Source of the DNA: Terriglobia bacterium
GTDB lineage: Bacteria; Acidobacteriota; Terriglobia; 2-12-FULL-54-10
Direction of reading: 5' to 3'
DNA length: 64,000 nucleotides
Assembly (NCBI GenBank): GCA_963666975.2
Contig: CAXVYR010000004.1
Span: 2,112,001-2,176,000, forward strand
Shown: positions 21,514 through 33,241 of the stretch, piece by piece
Layout: each line of letters opens with the position of its first letter
How positions within the stretch are numbered: position 1 is the stretch's first letter
Program-made: the position numbers and the translations under genes
The notes under the pieces: model-generated
Databases searched by the model: none
Seen by the model: only the letters and a program-made list of their open reading frames with translations
What the model was told of the DNA's origin: nothing

Positions 21514-22319
21514 ATAGTTTCCTATTGACAGGAAGCTTACTGTCCTAGTACAATCCTGCCGTTGATGTTTTTTCTCTAAGGGGCTTGCCGGGGCATTAAC
21601 TACATCGGCAAAAAGCAACCCTTCGTTAACAAACGGCGAACTGGAACTACTCGCCAGTTCTGAGGGGTGGGGTATCTATAGAAATATCGCATGCACGAGA
21701 TGAACTGGGATTTCGGCACAGCCCTCACCACTTTAATAATACTTTGAAAATACCGGCCTGCCCAGGCTTGCATCATTAAGCAGTTATAATTCTAACAAGC
21801 GAACCCAACATCCCGCGCCAATAGTACATTGAGATATCCCTTATCCCCATTCCCCCCTTCCGTTACGAAATCACAGACAGCAACCGGACTCCTGAACCAG
21901 AATGCAAACGCCATGACCCATTGAACCATACCATTATGGGAATCGAATTCCAAGCTGGAATAAGAGCGGAAGGGGTGCTGCTGAATAGAGGCTTTGTTTT
22001 TCTCGCAACAGGAGGAAAAAACAATTTGCAGGAACAATCCGAATCACCTTGGTAAAGAGGTTCGCACCTTGCAGAGAAAGCAGCGTACAAGTGCCCCAGG
22101 GGTCCTATCCGGAAGGAGCGAATTCTGCTTGCCGCCTCGCAGCCCGTTCCCTGCAAACAGGAGCGGACTATTTCTTTTCGCTCCCTGCGAGAAAATCCAT
22201 CTGCTACAGGCCATCCGCATAGCTTTGCAGAACCGCCTATCCCAGCCCGTCGCCGATGATCCCGCCTCCACCGCAGAGGTAATCCACCAGGACCTTATGT
22301 ACACCGTCCCGGCCGAGAG

Positions 22320-22730
22320 TTGCAGGCAAGGCCCACAAGGAGCGAAGCATTAAAGAAACACTCGCCTCGGATACTCCTGGTGGAAGATCACCTGCGTTTG
22401 GCTACTTTGCGCCGCACGGCCCTTTCTGACCATGGGTACGATATCGTGTGCGTGGCGGACGGTGAGGAGGCGTGCCGGTTGCTTCGCCGGAAACGTTTTG
22501 ATTTGGTGCTGGCCAACGCGAAGTTGCCGAAGGGTTCTGGCTGGGAAGTGGCGACAGCAGCCAAGAAGAAGAATCTTCCCGTCATCCTGACTTCCGGCTG
22601 GGCAGACCAGATGTCTCCGGAAGAGACGGCCTGCCTCAGCGTGGACTTTGTAATCCCCAAACCCTGCAGCACCGACCATCTTCTTGCCATCATCCGCAAT
22701 GCCTTGAAAAAATCGGGGAGGGGGGAGTAG
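22320..22730 (+). CDS. Single-domain response regulator (receiver); phospho-acceptor position appears altered
   Basis: ILLVED...FDLVLANAKLP..SG...VILTSG...KP; start uncertain. Confidence 0.75.
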   Translation: MQARPTRSEALKKHSPRILLVEDHLRLATLRRTALSDHGYDIVCVADGEEACRLLRRKRFDLVLANAKLPKGSGWEVATAAKKKNLPVILTSGWADQMSPEETACLSVDFVIPKPCSTDHLLAIIRNALKKSGRGE

Positions 22731-22782
22731 AAAGCGAGCAGTTCTCCAGAAAGCTACTGTTCCTCACCGAACTCTGCTTACA

Positions 22783-23009
22783 AAACTCCCGCTTCGGCGG
22801 AACCAGTTCGGAGGCACGTTGGGGGGGGGAATCAGAATCTCCAGTTCCGGGCGGAATTCTTCAACATCTTTAACCACCCGAATTTCGGGCAGTCCCAGGC
22901 TAATGTTTTTCGGAACACCAGCGGGAATCCGGACTCCCGGTTCGTGCGAATCACCGAGACGGTCACTTCTTCGCGTCAGATTCAGCTTGTTTTGAAGTAC
23001 ACTTTCTAA
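22783..23009 (+). pseudogene. Internally deleted remnant of an Oar-type TonB-dependent receptor
   Basis: Manual translation: RRNQFGGTLGG joined to LQFRAEFFNIFNHPNF...SSRQIQLVLKYTF-stop; both motifs have counterparts in 44733-47594. Confidence 0.75.
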
Positions 23010-23125
23010 GGCGCGGAGCTAAGATCGAGCTTTTCCTTTGGGAGGAAGGCCGCAAACCTTTTCCTTGCCCAGCCATTCCGGGCAGTGAGGCCTTCTGGTA
23101 GCAAATAACAATGAGGTAGAGACTC

Positions 23126-25060
23126 ATGAAGCGAATTCCTTTTTTGAATGTTTCGTTTTTGCTGGCCCTGTTTTTCCTTTTAGCCGCTGAGGGAACCCAA
23201 GGGCAAACTGTGGACGATTTGACGCGCAAGCTGGAGCGCCTTGGGGCCTATCCAGACCTCATCGTAATCAACGGTAAAATCTCCACCATGGATGAACGGT
23301 TGACCGAGGTGGAGGCCATGGCGGTTAGGGATACCCGGATTGTGGCGCTGGGAAGCAATGATGAGATCCGCTTTTTGGCCGGCCAGAACACGGAAGTGCT
23401 GGACGTGAAGGGACGGCGGGTCTTGCCGGGCCTGATCGATAGCCACACCCATCCGAATCTCTGGGGCGTCGAGCATTGGCTCGGGGCCGAGGGAGACGCC
23501 TCGGCTGAAAGATACAATGACCCCCAGCTCAAGATTAGTCTCGCTTCGGGGAACAGCCCGGCCGAGGTGCTCCGGTCGCTGGAACGGGTCGTGAGGCAGA
23601 AGACACGGGAACTGGGTCCGGGAAAGTGGATTCTGGTAAAGGTCTTTGGAGGGAAAAGCATCCCTGAATCCAGAGAAATCGCCACTCCCTTATTTGCCTC
23701 CCGCAACGCTGCGGGGCCAATCGACACGAATTTTTTGGACACCCTGGCCCCGGATAATCCGGTGACGCTCTACGCCACCGAGGCCATCGGACCCACGGCG
23801 AACAGCACAATGGCCAAGCAGGAGATGATCCGGCTGCTTGGTTTCGAAGCCACGGGAATTTTTGCCCGCACGGCGGTCCCATTCGACATTCTTCTGAACG
23901 GACGATGGGAAGAGATGGCCGATCTGCTGAAGCGGGAAATACTGGAATGCCTGTCGGCGCACGGGATCACCGCCTTCGGGGACCGTTACGACCGCTCCCC
24001 TTCCATCATTAAGGCTTACAATCTGCTCTACCAGCGGGGGGAATTACACGCCCGTTACGGCTTTTATCCGGAAGGCGGCGCCAATACGACCAGCAAATTC
24101 GCGGATCGTGCTTTATCGCCTATCATCATTCGCTTGTCAAACCAGGAAGCAGGCGACTTCCGAGGCATCGGCAACGACTACATGTGGAATGCGGGAATTG
24201 CCAACGAAGGCTGGGAATGGGGACCTCAGGGGCAGGGAGGGATTGGTACCTGTACCGCCGCCAAACCGAATCCCAATAACCCGGTGGAACTTTTCATGGC
24301 CTGTTCGGACCCCAGAGCGACTGATTACGAGCAGTATGAAGGCTACCAGGCTGTCCAGGCAGGGCTGGAGAACGGCCAGCGCATCGGATACTTGCACGCC
24401 TACAGTGACGGCACTCTCGATGCGTTGTTCCATATGATTGAGGAGGCGATTGCGAAAGGCACATTGACGTTGGAGCAAGTCCGGGCCCTCCGGATTAGCA
24501 CGGAGCACAACCCGATGATTCGCCCGGATCAGGTCGAGAAATTTGCCAAGTACAATATCATGCCCGGCTTCAATGGCTATCAGGTACAGGGCGACATCAA
24601 AGGCGGAGCCTTTCTGAAGGCTTACGGAGAACAGTACATGAACTGGATGGTGCCCGTAAAAAGCCTGGTGGATGCGGGGGTACACGTGGTATTCAATACC
24701 GACGCCCACTTGCACAAGGGTCCCGTCGAATTCAAAGATATGGATTATCCGCCTCAGTGGGACGGCAATATCTGGGCGTTTATGGAGTTCTTTGTCACCC
24801 GCGTTATGCCCCATGACGGGGTCACCTACAACAAGTTGGAAGCCGTCGATAAGGTCACCCTGATGAAGGCTGCCACCATTTGGGGAGCCGAGCAATTGTT
24901 GAACGAGAAAAACATCGGCTCGTTGGAGGCTGGCAAGCTGGCTGATTTCATCGTCATTGACAAGGATTATTTCGCAATTCCCGAGGATCAAATCCACACC
25001 ATTAAGAACTTGATGACCGGCCTGGGCGGGGAGATCGTTTTTCGGTCGCCGGATTTCTAA
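23126..25060 (+). CDS. Secreted amidohydrolase_3 (YtcJ-like) protein
   Basis: Signal peptide; VLPGLIDSHTH; GSLEAGKLADFIVIDKD. Confidence 0.9.
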   Translation: MKRIPFLNVSFLLALFFLLAAEGTQGQTVDDLTRKLERLGAYPDLIVINGKISTMDERLTEVEAMAVRDTRIVALGSNDEIRFLAGQNTEVLDVKGRRVLPGLIDSHTHPNLWGVEHWLGAEGDASAERYNDPQLKISLASGNSPAEVLRSLERVVRQKTRELGPGKWILVKVFGGKSIPESREIATPLFASRNAAGPIDTNFLDTLAPDNPVTLYATEAIGPTANSTMAKQEMIRLLGFEATGIFARTAVPFDILLNGRWEEMADLLKREILECLSAHGITAFGDRYDRSPSIIKAYNLLYQRGELHARYGFYPEGGANTTSKFADRALSPIIIRLSNQEAGDFRGIGNDYMWNAGIANEGWEWGPQGQGGIGTCTAAKPNPNNPVELFMACSDPRATDYEQYEGYQAVQAGLENGQRIGYLHAYSDGTLDALFHMIEEAIAKGTLTLEQVRALRISTEHNPMIRPDQVEKFAKYNIMPGFNGYQVQGDIKGGAFLKAYGEQYMNWMVPVKSLVDAGVHVVFNTDAHLHKGPVEFKDMDYPPQWDGNIWAFMEFFVTRVMPHDGVTYNKLEAVDKVTLMKAATIWGAEQLLNEKNIGSLEAGKLADFIVIDKDYFAIPEDQIHTIKNLMTGLGGEIVFRSPDF

Positions 25061-25235
25061 TCCGAGACCGAAGGCGGGTAGCCATGGCGGTCTGAGCTTG
25101 AAGCGGCAGGGCTTGAAGCGCCACATCCGGTGGCGTAACATCTATAGCCAGGGCAAGGCGGAAATCCCAATATCTCTAAACCAATATCTCTAAAAAGGTT
25201 CTCTACAATCAATCCTAGCAAAGGGGGAGGATTTT

Positions 25236-26522
25236 ATGATGGCAGGCTCTCAGAGTATGGCGAAGTATTGCGGCGGAGTGCGCACAGCGCTATTGCTGTC
25301 GGCGGTGTTTTTGTTTTCCTTGGTTCCTGCACAAAGCCAGCGGGGCCCCGCCCCGGAGCAAAGCGCATTGCCCGAAGGCCCGGGCAAGCAGTTCGTGGCG
25401 GCGACTTGCGGGGAGTGCCACAGCCTCGACCGCGTGACACGGCCGGCCGGACACACCTCGGAGGAATGGCAAGCGATTATGAGCAACATGGTCGAGATCG
25501 GCATGCCTCTGACGGAAGAGCAGGCCGGTGTTGTGACGGCGTATTTGGTCAGCAATTTTCCGGACACGGCCCCGAAGGCGGTGCTGGTTCCCGGCAGCGT
25601 CGAGGTCTCCATCCAGGAATGGACCGTCCCCACACCCGGCGCGCGGCCTCATGATCCGCTGGTGGCGCCGGACGGCTCTATTTGGTACACGGGGCAAAGG
25701 AAAAATTTGCTGGGGCGGTTCGATCCGGCCAGCGGCAAGTTCAAAGAGTATCCCTTAAAAACCCCGGACTCAGCCCCCCACGGCCTGGTCGCCGACAAGA
25801 AAGGGAACATCTGGTTCACGGCAATTGATGGCGCTTACGTCGGCATGCTCGACCCGAAAACAGGCGAGATAACCGAATACCGCATGCCCGACCCCGAAGC
25901 TCGCCGCCCGCACACACCCATCTTCGACCAAAAAGGAACGCTTTGGTTCACCATGTCCGGGTCCAACAGGATTGGGAGAATTATTCCCAAGACCGGCGAG
26001 GTAAAGGTGGCCACTCCGCCCACAGCGGGGTCGAACCCCTACGGCACCGTGGTGAACTCCCAGGGCGTCCCCTTCTTCACCGAGTTCCGCACCAACAAGC
26101 TGGCCAGCATTGACCCGGACACCATGGAGATTCGGGAATACGTCTTGCCGAATCCTGACGCTCGTCCCCGGCGCATCGCCGTCACCCCTGACGACGTTCT
26201 CTGGTACACCGACTATGCGCGCGGCCATCTGGGCCGGATGGACCCCAAGACCGGCAAGTTCAGCGAGTGGCCCTCTCCCGGCGGGCCGAAGTCCGCGCCT
26301 TACGGCATCACCACGTTCGGCAACAAGCTGTGGTACAGCGAGTCGGGCGTGAAGCCGAATACGGTGGTGCTGTTTGATCCGCAGACGGAGAAGTTCCAAA
26401 CCTGGCTGATCCCGTCGGGCGGAGGCGTGGTGCGCCACATGGTAGCAGCGCCGGACGGCGACCTGTGGCTTGCCACCAGCGGCGTCAATGGAATTGCCAA
26501 AGTCGAAGTAAGAAGCAACTAG
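25236..26522 (+). CDS. Cytochrome c domain fused to Vgb-family beta-propeller
   Basis: Signal peptide; CGECH heme motif; PHDP/PHG/PYG repeats with IWYT/IWFT blades. Confidence 0.88.
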   Translation: MMAGSQSMAKYCGGVRTALLLSAVFLFSLVPAQSQRGPAPEQSALPEGPGKQFVAATCGECHSLDRVTRPAGHTSEEWQAIMSNMVEIGMPLTEEQAGVVTAYLVSNFPDTAPKAVLVPGSVEVSIQEWTVPTPGARPHDPLVAPDGSIWYTGQRKNLLGRFDPASGKFKEYPLKTPDSAPHGLVADKKGNIWFTAIDGAYVGMLDPKTGEITEYRMPDPEARRPHTPIFDQKGTLWFTMSGSNRIGRIIPKTGEVKVATPPTAGSNPYGTVVNSQGVPFFTEFRTNKLASIDPDTMEIREYVLPNPDARPRRIAVTPDDVLWYTDYARGHLGRMDPKTGKFSEWPSPGGPKSAPYGITTFGNKLWYSESGVKPNTVVLFDPQTEKFQTWLIPSGGGVVRHMVAAPDGDLWLATSGVNGIAKVEVRSN

Positions 26523-26572
26523 CTCTCCTGCTTGTTTCGTGTTTTTCTGGTGGGCAGATCGGCCGAGCGCCT

Positions 26573-27271
26573 ATGCCATATAAAGCCTCTTCGCTCGCAC
26601 GGTTCGATCTGCCCCCTTTGGAAGCGCGCCGCCTGCAACAACAGATTGCTCCTCTGGTTGTCCGCCGGGACCAACTGGGCAAACCGCGGACGGTAGCCGG
26701 GGCCGACATCTCCCTGGAGGAAAAAACCGGCTACGCCGGCGTCATTCTCTATTCTTTTCCTGAATTGACCGAGATCGAACGCGTCTGGTGCTCGGGTCAG
26801 TTGCGTTTCCCTTACGTGCCGGGCCTGCTGTCCTTTCGGGAGATCCCGCTATTGCTCCGCGCCTTTGCCAAGCTTCGCCGCCGCCCGGACCTCATCCTGG
26901 CCGATGCCCATGGGTGGGCCCATCCGAGACGCGCGGGGCTGGCCTGCCATCTGGGAATAGTTCTCGACACGCCCACCATCGGCTGCGCCAAGTCGGTGCT
27001 GATTGGGAAATATAAGATGCCCGCCGCCCGGAGCGGCTCCACTTCTCCGCTACGGGACGGCACGGAGAAAATCGGCGTTGCGTTGCGGACCCGCACCGGC
27101 GTGCGCCCCGTGTTTGTCTCCTGCGGCCACCGGGTTTCGCTCCCGACAGCGATCCGGCTGACGCTTGCCTGCTCGGACGGCTACCGCATCCCCAAACCTC
27201 AGCGGGAGGCCGACCGCTGGGTCAAACAGATTCGCATCAGAAAAAGTGCCGAGAAGATTCGAACGCCGTGA
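26573..27271 (+). CDS. nfi: Endonuclease V
   Basis: VAGADIS, FPYVPGLLSFRE, DAHGWAHPRRAGLACHLG, IGCAKS. Confidence 0.93.
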   Translation: MPYKASSLARFDLPPLEARRLQQQIAPLVVRRDQLGKPRTVAGADISLEEKTGYAGVILYSFPELTEIERVWCSGQLRFPYVPGLLSFREIPLLLRAFAKLRRRPDLILADAHGWAHPRRAGLACHLGIVLDTPTIGCAKSVLIGKYKMPAARSGSTSPLRDGTEKIGVALRTRTGVRPVFVSCGHRVSLPTAIRLTLACSDGYRIPKPQREADRWVKQIRIRKSAEKIRTP

Positions 27272-27616
27272 AGCCCGGCAGTTGCTCTTAGGAGATGAGA
27301 GTAAAAGTATTCGTGCATCCAACGCAGATCAGCCGCAGATCAGCGCGGACGAGCGCAAAGTCTTTTCATCCTCTCAATATTTGGCATATAATGATGGAGC
27401 GTTGAAGTGGACAAGGTACGCACTGCTCATTCCTCCAAGAGTATCTCGACGACCTCCGGCCTTGTTGACCGGCCGGAAACAGCCGAAAGACATCGCCAGC
27501 GAGTTGCGAGCCAGGGTCCCGCAAGCGGACATTGCCCGTTAAGCGCCTATTCGGTCCCCGGCCGTCAAACAACCATCGAGTGAGCATCCACTAATCATAA
27601 TCCTGAGGATCATCCA

Positions 27617-29014
<1,398 letters not shown>

Positions 29015-29162
29015 CCTCTGATGGCCGCCCCAAACCAGAGAAAGACCGGGGTTTTTCCAACCGTTTTTATTCCTAACGCGGGGAACGGGCCTGCCGGGCG
29101 CAAGCGTTTCTTGTGCGCTTTGTCTGCACTCGCTCTCCGCGGCACTTAAAAAGGGGGTTCCC

Positions 29163-30089
29163 ATGAGTAAGAAAGTAACTGTGGTCGGTGCTGGCAATGT
29201 AGGAGCGTCGGTCGCCCTGCGTCTCGCCGACAAAGAGCTGGCCGACGTGGTAATAATTGATATCCTGGAAGGCATCCCGCAGGGCAAGGCGCTGGACACG
29301 CTCCAGGCCGGTCCCGTCATGCGGTCCGACTCGCAGGTAACCGGCACCAACGACTACAAAGATACAGCCGGTTCGGACCTGGTCGTGATCACGGCAGGCT
29401 TTCCGCGCAAGCCGGGCATGAGCCGGGACGACCTGCTGAAGAAGAATTACGATGTGATCAAGCCCACCACCGAACAGATAGTCCAGTATTCCCCGAACTG
29501 CATTCTGATCATCGTCACTAACCCGCTGGACGCCATGTGCCAGGCGGCCCTGCGCGTGAGCGGCTTCCCTAAGCACCGCGTCATCGGCATGGCCGGCATT
29601 CTGGACTCGGCGCGGTTCCGCACCTTCATCGCGCAAGAACTGAAGGTCTCGGTGGAAAACGTGCAGGCCTTTGTGATGGGGGGGCACGGAGACACCATGG
29701 TGCCGCTGGTGCGTTTTTCCCAGGTCGCAGGCATTCCGTTAACCGAGTTGCTCGACGCGGCTACGATTGAAAGGATTGTTCAGCGCACGCGGGACGGAGG
29801 AGCCGAGATTGTCAAATACCTGAAGGCAGGCAGCGCTTTCTACGCGCCGTCGGCGGCGGTGATGGAGATGGTGGAGGCGATCTTGAAAGACAAGAAAAAG
29901 ATTCTTCCTTGCGCCGCCTATCTCGAAGGCGAGTACGGCATCCAGGGACTCTACGTGGGCGTGCCGGTGAAGCTGGGCGCAAACGGCATCGAGCAGATCA
30001 TCGAGGTCAAGCTCACGGCAGACGAGCAGAAAGCCTTGAAGAAGAGCGCCGATGCGGTCAAGGAGTTGGTGGACGTCATTAAAATCTAA
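29163..30089 (+). CDS. mdh: Malate dehydrogenase (LDH-like)
   Basis: [32 protein letters not shown]. Confidence 0.97.
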   Translation: MSKKVTVVGAGNVGASVALRLADKELADVVIIDILEGIPQGKALDTLQAGPVMRSDSQVTGTNDYKDTAGSDLVVITAGFPRKPGMSRDDLLKKNYDVIKPTTEQIVQYSPNCILIIVTNPLDAMCQAALRVSGFPKHRVIGMAGILDSARFRTFIAQELKVSVENVQAFVMGGHGDTMVPLVRFSQVAGIPLTELLDAATIERIVQRTRDGGAEIVKYLKAGSAFYAPSAAVMEMVEAILKDKKKILPCAAYLEGEYGIQGLYVGVPVKLGANGIEQIIEVKLTADEQKALKKSADAVKELVDVIKI

Positions 30090-30231
30090 GAGGTTGTTGA
30101 AAAACACCGGTAGTATAATACCCGCGCTTCCGGCATAACGCCCGCGCCGCCGATAGCAACAGGCTTGGCGAAGTTTTTCCTGTGACTCCGGCTGGCAGCC
30201 GGAGTCACCCATCTTTTATCTGGAGCGGGAA

Positions 30232-30828
30232 ATGACGATGAAGCTGCCCTCGTACGGTTTTGTTTCATTGTCAGGGATCGCCGCAATGGCGTTGCTGCTG
30301 TTCCCTGCGCTTGCCGCTGCCCAAGCTTCCGAGGCGAGAGCGTCTGCCAACCTCATCCTGGGGACGGTCGCCAGCGACCGCGGAACGACCGCTACGATCC
30401 CGCTCTATTACCAGCCAGCCGAAGAAACACCGATCCGCAGCCTGCACCTGGAAGTGGACTTTGTCAGCAACAGCGTGAAGTTTGCCAAGGCAGAGAAGGG
30501 AATCGCCTCAGAGGTCCAGGATTACGAACTGACCGTTGAGGCTGAGGAACTGCCGCCGAGCGATCAGGACCTATCCCGCACGCGGTTGAAAATTGATATC
30601 GCCGTCGTGGATTCCGATCCCAGCAAGGCTCTTCCGCAAGGGTTGTGGACTTTCCTGGACTTCCGAATTCCGGAAGACGCCAAACCGTTCGCCATCTCGC
30701 TGACCCCGGCCTCGGTCTCCGCGCAGGACGAAGCCGGGCAGCCGGTAGAGGTGACAGTCGAGGCCGGAAAGGTCATCGTCTCGGTTCCGGACGAACCGCT
30801 GGTGGGCTGCTTCTTCTTCACTCATTAG
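30232..30828 (+). CDS. Secreted cohesin-like beta-sandwich protein with C-terminal CFFFTH tail
   Basis: Signal peptide; alternating beta-strand pattern (ATIPLYY, LHLEVDF, LPQGLWTFLDFRI). Confidence 0.7.
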   Translation: MTMKLPSYGFVSLSGIAAMALLLFPALAAAQASEARASANLILGTVASDRGTTATIPLYYQPAEETPIRSLHLEVDFVSNSVKFAKAEKGIASEVQDYELTVEAEELPPSDQDLSRTRLKIDIAVVDSDPSKALPQGLWTFLDFRIPEDAKPFAISLTPASVSAQDEAGQPVEVTVEAGKVIVSVPDEPLVGCFFFTH

Positions 30829-30924
30829 CTGGAGGTGGGTTTCTAACTCCGGGAAAGGCCCACGGCGAGAAAGAACGCTCGCCGTGGCTACCCGAAAAAC
30901 CACGCTGCCACACTCACCCCGCAG

Positions 30925-31170
30925 CTAAACAATCTCCGGGAAATAATACGTCAGCACAGCGTTCCGGCGCATGTCGGAGACAATCAGCGCCTTGTTCTTG
31001 GGGTCCATCACCACCAAGTCCGCCCTCGTCATAAAGATTTCCAGGCCGGCACACTCGTAGCTGTTCCGGTCCGGCTCAAACGCCACCTTGGCTCCGGCGT
31101 CCAGCATGCTCTTTACCGGGCTCAGGAACGTGTGCGCCACTTCCTCTTCATTGGAGGCAGACTCACACAA
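30925..31170 (-). pseudogene. Chimeric relic: amidohydrolase_3 fragment fused to the C-terminus of a third beta-propeller paralog
   Basis: FLSPVKSMLDAGAKVAFE matches the amidohydrolases; DPKNKALIVSDMRRNAVLTYYFPEI matches the propeller C-termini. Confidence 0.8.
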
Positions 31171-31280
31171 GAGGCAGTCCGTGAGGTACTGTCACGCACG
31201 GAGAATTTTGTTCGCGGGCTGTAGGAGAGCTGCGGCTGCCGGGTTTTCAGTCCGTATGCCTTAATGCGGGCTGCATCATG

Positions 31281-33164
31281 TCACCACTGAGCGGCTGGTC
31301 CGCCCAGGGCAACCTGAGCGCCGGCGGGCTGCATGCCCAACTCGCGAGCTAAAGAGGGCACCAGGTGGACAATCTTGCCGCCAACTACTGTCATCAAGAT
31401 TCGGATATCGCGAACCTCATCCACGGGAGCGGTCAGATAATCTTTGTCCAATACCGTGAAATCAGCCAGCTTATTTGTTTCGAGCGAGCCGATCGCGTCC
31501 TCCTTGAGCGCGTAGTAGGCTCCCCAGAGGGAAACCGACTTCAGTAACCGGACCCGATCCATTGCTTGGTTGGGCGCATAGACTCTGCCGTCCATGGATT
31601 CCCGCTTGAGCTGCAACCAGAGATACCAGAAGGCGTTTACGCCAGCCAACGCCAAAGAGCGATCCACCTCGAAGGTGTTCATCATCCCGATGTCATTTTG
31701 CATCTTTGCGGGGGAGATGAATTGCACCGCCCTCTCTCCATAATCGCGGAAGTATCGGGGTGAGAGATTCCAGATGTCAATGAGGCGATTGCCTGCGATC
31801 ATCCCCAGCTCCTTGGCGCGCTCGGCCTGATCGCGCCGGGGGCTCAGGAAACCATGGTCCCAGGTATGGCGTTTGGCTCGAATCTGATCCAGGGTGAAAC
31901 CGGCATCTCTGCTGGCTCGGGTGATGATCTCAATCAGGTTGTCCACATCGATGTCTCCCATCATGTGGTAACCCATCACCCTGCCGCCCATCCGAGAAAA
32001 GGTATAGAGGTTTTCAGCCTGCAAGGTGCCCGGAGCCAAATTGGGCTTGCAGCTTGCTTCTTGTTCTGCCACCTCCGGATTAACGGCTCGGAACGTGGAG
32101 CAGGAACTCCCGGCGGAACCTGCCGCTCCGGTGCCGTAATACCACATGTAGTCAGATCCTTCTCCATCTCTCATTACCAGGTCAGCGACAATGTAAGGAT
32201 ATTGAAAAACCTCCTTCGTCACTGTAGGGTTCAGGCCGTATCCCCAGGCAATGCGACTATCCATCTCTCCTCGTTTCTCCAGCGTCTTGTATGCCATCAG
32301 AGTGTTGAAGGAGTGCAACAACGTTCCTATAGTGGTGATCCCGTCGCCCGCAGACCAGGAGAGCCCCAACCTTAGAATCTCCATCCACAAATCCAGACGA
32401 TCATTGAACATCACATCGGCTTCGGCTTGCCGATAGGTCAGCGCTCCTTCCCCGGTCTGCTCATTGGGACGGCCACTCCAGAGAAGCTTGGAAAAATCCG
32501 GGTAGACTTTATGAAACTCATCGAGGGCTTTCTGATTGTAAAGAGTTCCGGTAAAGCTGTTTCTCAACATCACCGGATTGTTCGGGGCGGCTCGATCGAG
32601 CTGCTGCTTGGTAATTTGCTTGACAAAAATGTTGCTAAACGGGCCAGTGTAGGCATCACCCTCGTGCTGGTAATCCTGCCCGTAGAGAAAGACAATCCGG
32701 ATCCACTGCCCGGGCCTGGCTTTTTGGACCAGTTCGTCGAGCAAACGGGGGAACTGTTGCACTTGCTGGTCGGCGGGCCCTTCCAGCCAGCCCTGAAGCG
32801 CGAAATCTTCCGGAACCACCTTCTTCATGATGTAGGGATTGAGCGGGTCCCAGTCGGCAGGGTGCTCGTGGGTGTCTATAAAAGTGGGAAGAACGGTCCT
32901 TCCATTCAGATCTACGGATTTCGTGCCCGGCCCAGCCAGATCCCGCACTTCGGCATTGCTGCCAATAGCCCAAAGCTTTCCATCTTTGATTGCCAGAGCT
33001 TGGGCGATGTTTCCCGGACTGGTGCTAAACGAGTGGTCATCGAGCGTCACAATCTTACCGTTGTAGAAAACACTATCCGCATACACGACGCGGCCCGCCG
33101 CGAAGATCGTCGGCGCACTACCCAGCCAGAGAGCCATGACAAGAACACATCTGTAATTTTTCAT
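31281..33164 (-). CDS. Secreted amidohydrolase_3 protein
   Basis: Signal peptide; VLPTFIDTHEH; GSLETNKLADF. Confidence 0.9.
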   Translation of the reverse strand: MKNYRCVLVMALWLGSAPTIFAAGRVVYADSVFYNGKIVTLDDHSFSTSPGNIAQALAIKDGKLWAIGSNAEVRDLAGPGTKSVDLNGRTVLPTFIDTHEHPADWDPLNPYIMKKVVPEDFALQGWLEGPADQQVQQFPRLLDELVQKARPGQWIRIVFLYGQDYQHEGDAYTGPFSNIFVKQITKQQLDRAAPNNPVMLRNSFTGTLYNQKALDEFHKVYPDFSKLLWSGRPNEQTGEGALTYRQAEADVMFNDRLDLWMEILRLGLSWSAGDGITTIGTLLHSFNTLMAYKTLEKRGEMDSRIAWGYGLNPTVTKEVFQYPYIVADLVMRDGEGSDYMWYYGTGAAGSAGSSCSTFRAVNPEVAEQEASCKPNLAPGTLQAENLYTFSRMGGRVMGYHMMGDIDVDNLIEIITRASRDAGFTLDQIRAKRHTWDHGFLSPRRDQAERAKELGMIAGNRLIDIWNLSPRYFRDYGERAVQFISPAKMQNDIGMMNTFEVDRSLALAGVNAFWYLWLQLKRESMDGRVYAPNQAMDRVRLLKSVSLWGAYYALKEDAIGSLETNKLADFTVLDKDYLTAPVDEVRDIRILMTVVGGKIVHLVPSLARELGMQPAGAQVALGGPAAQW

Positions 33165-33241
33165 CTCACTTCCTCAATGCAGGTCTGTTGTGAAGAAACC
33201 GCCTCTCACTTGGCAAGGCTTAAGTGGGGGGGCACAAGTGC

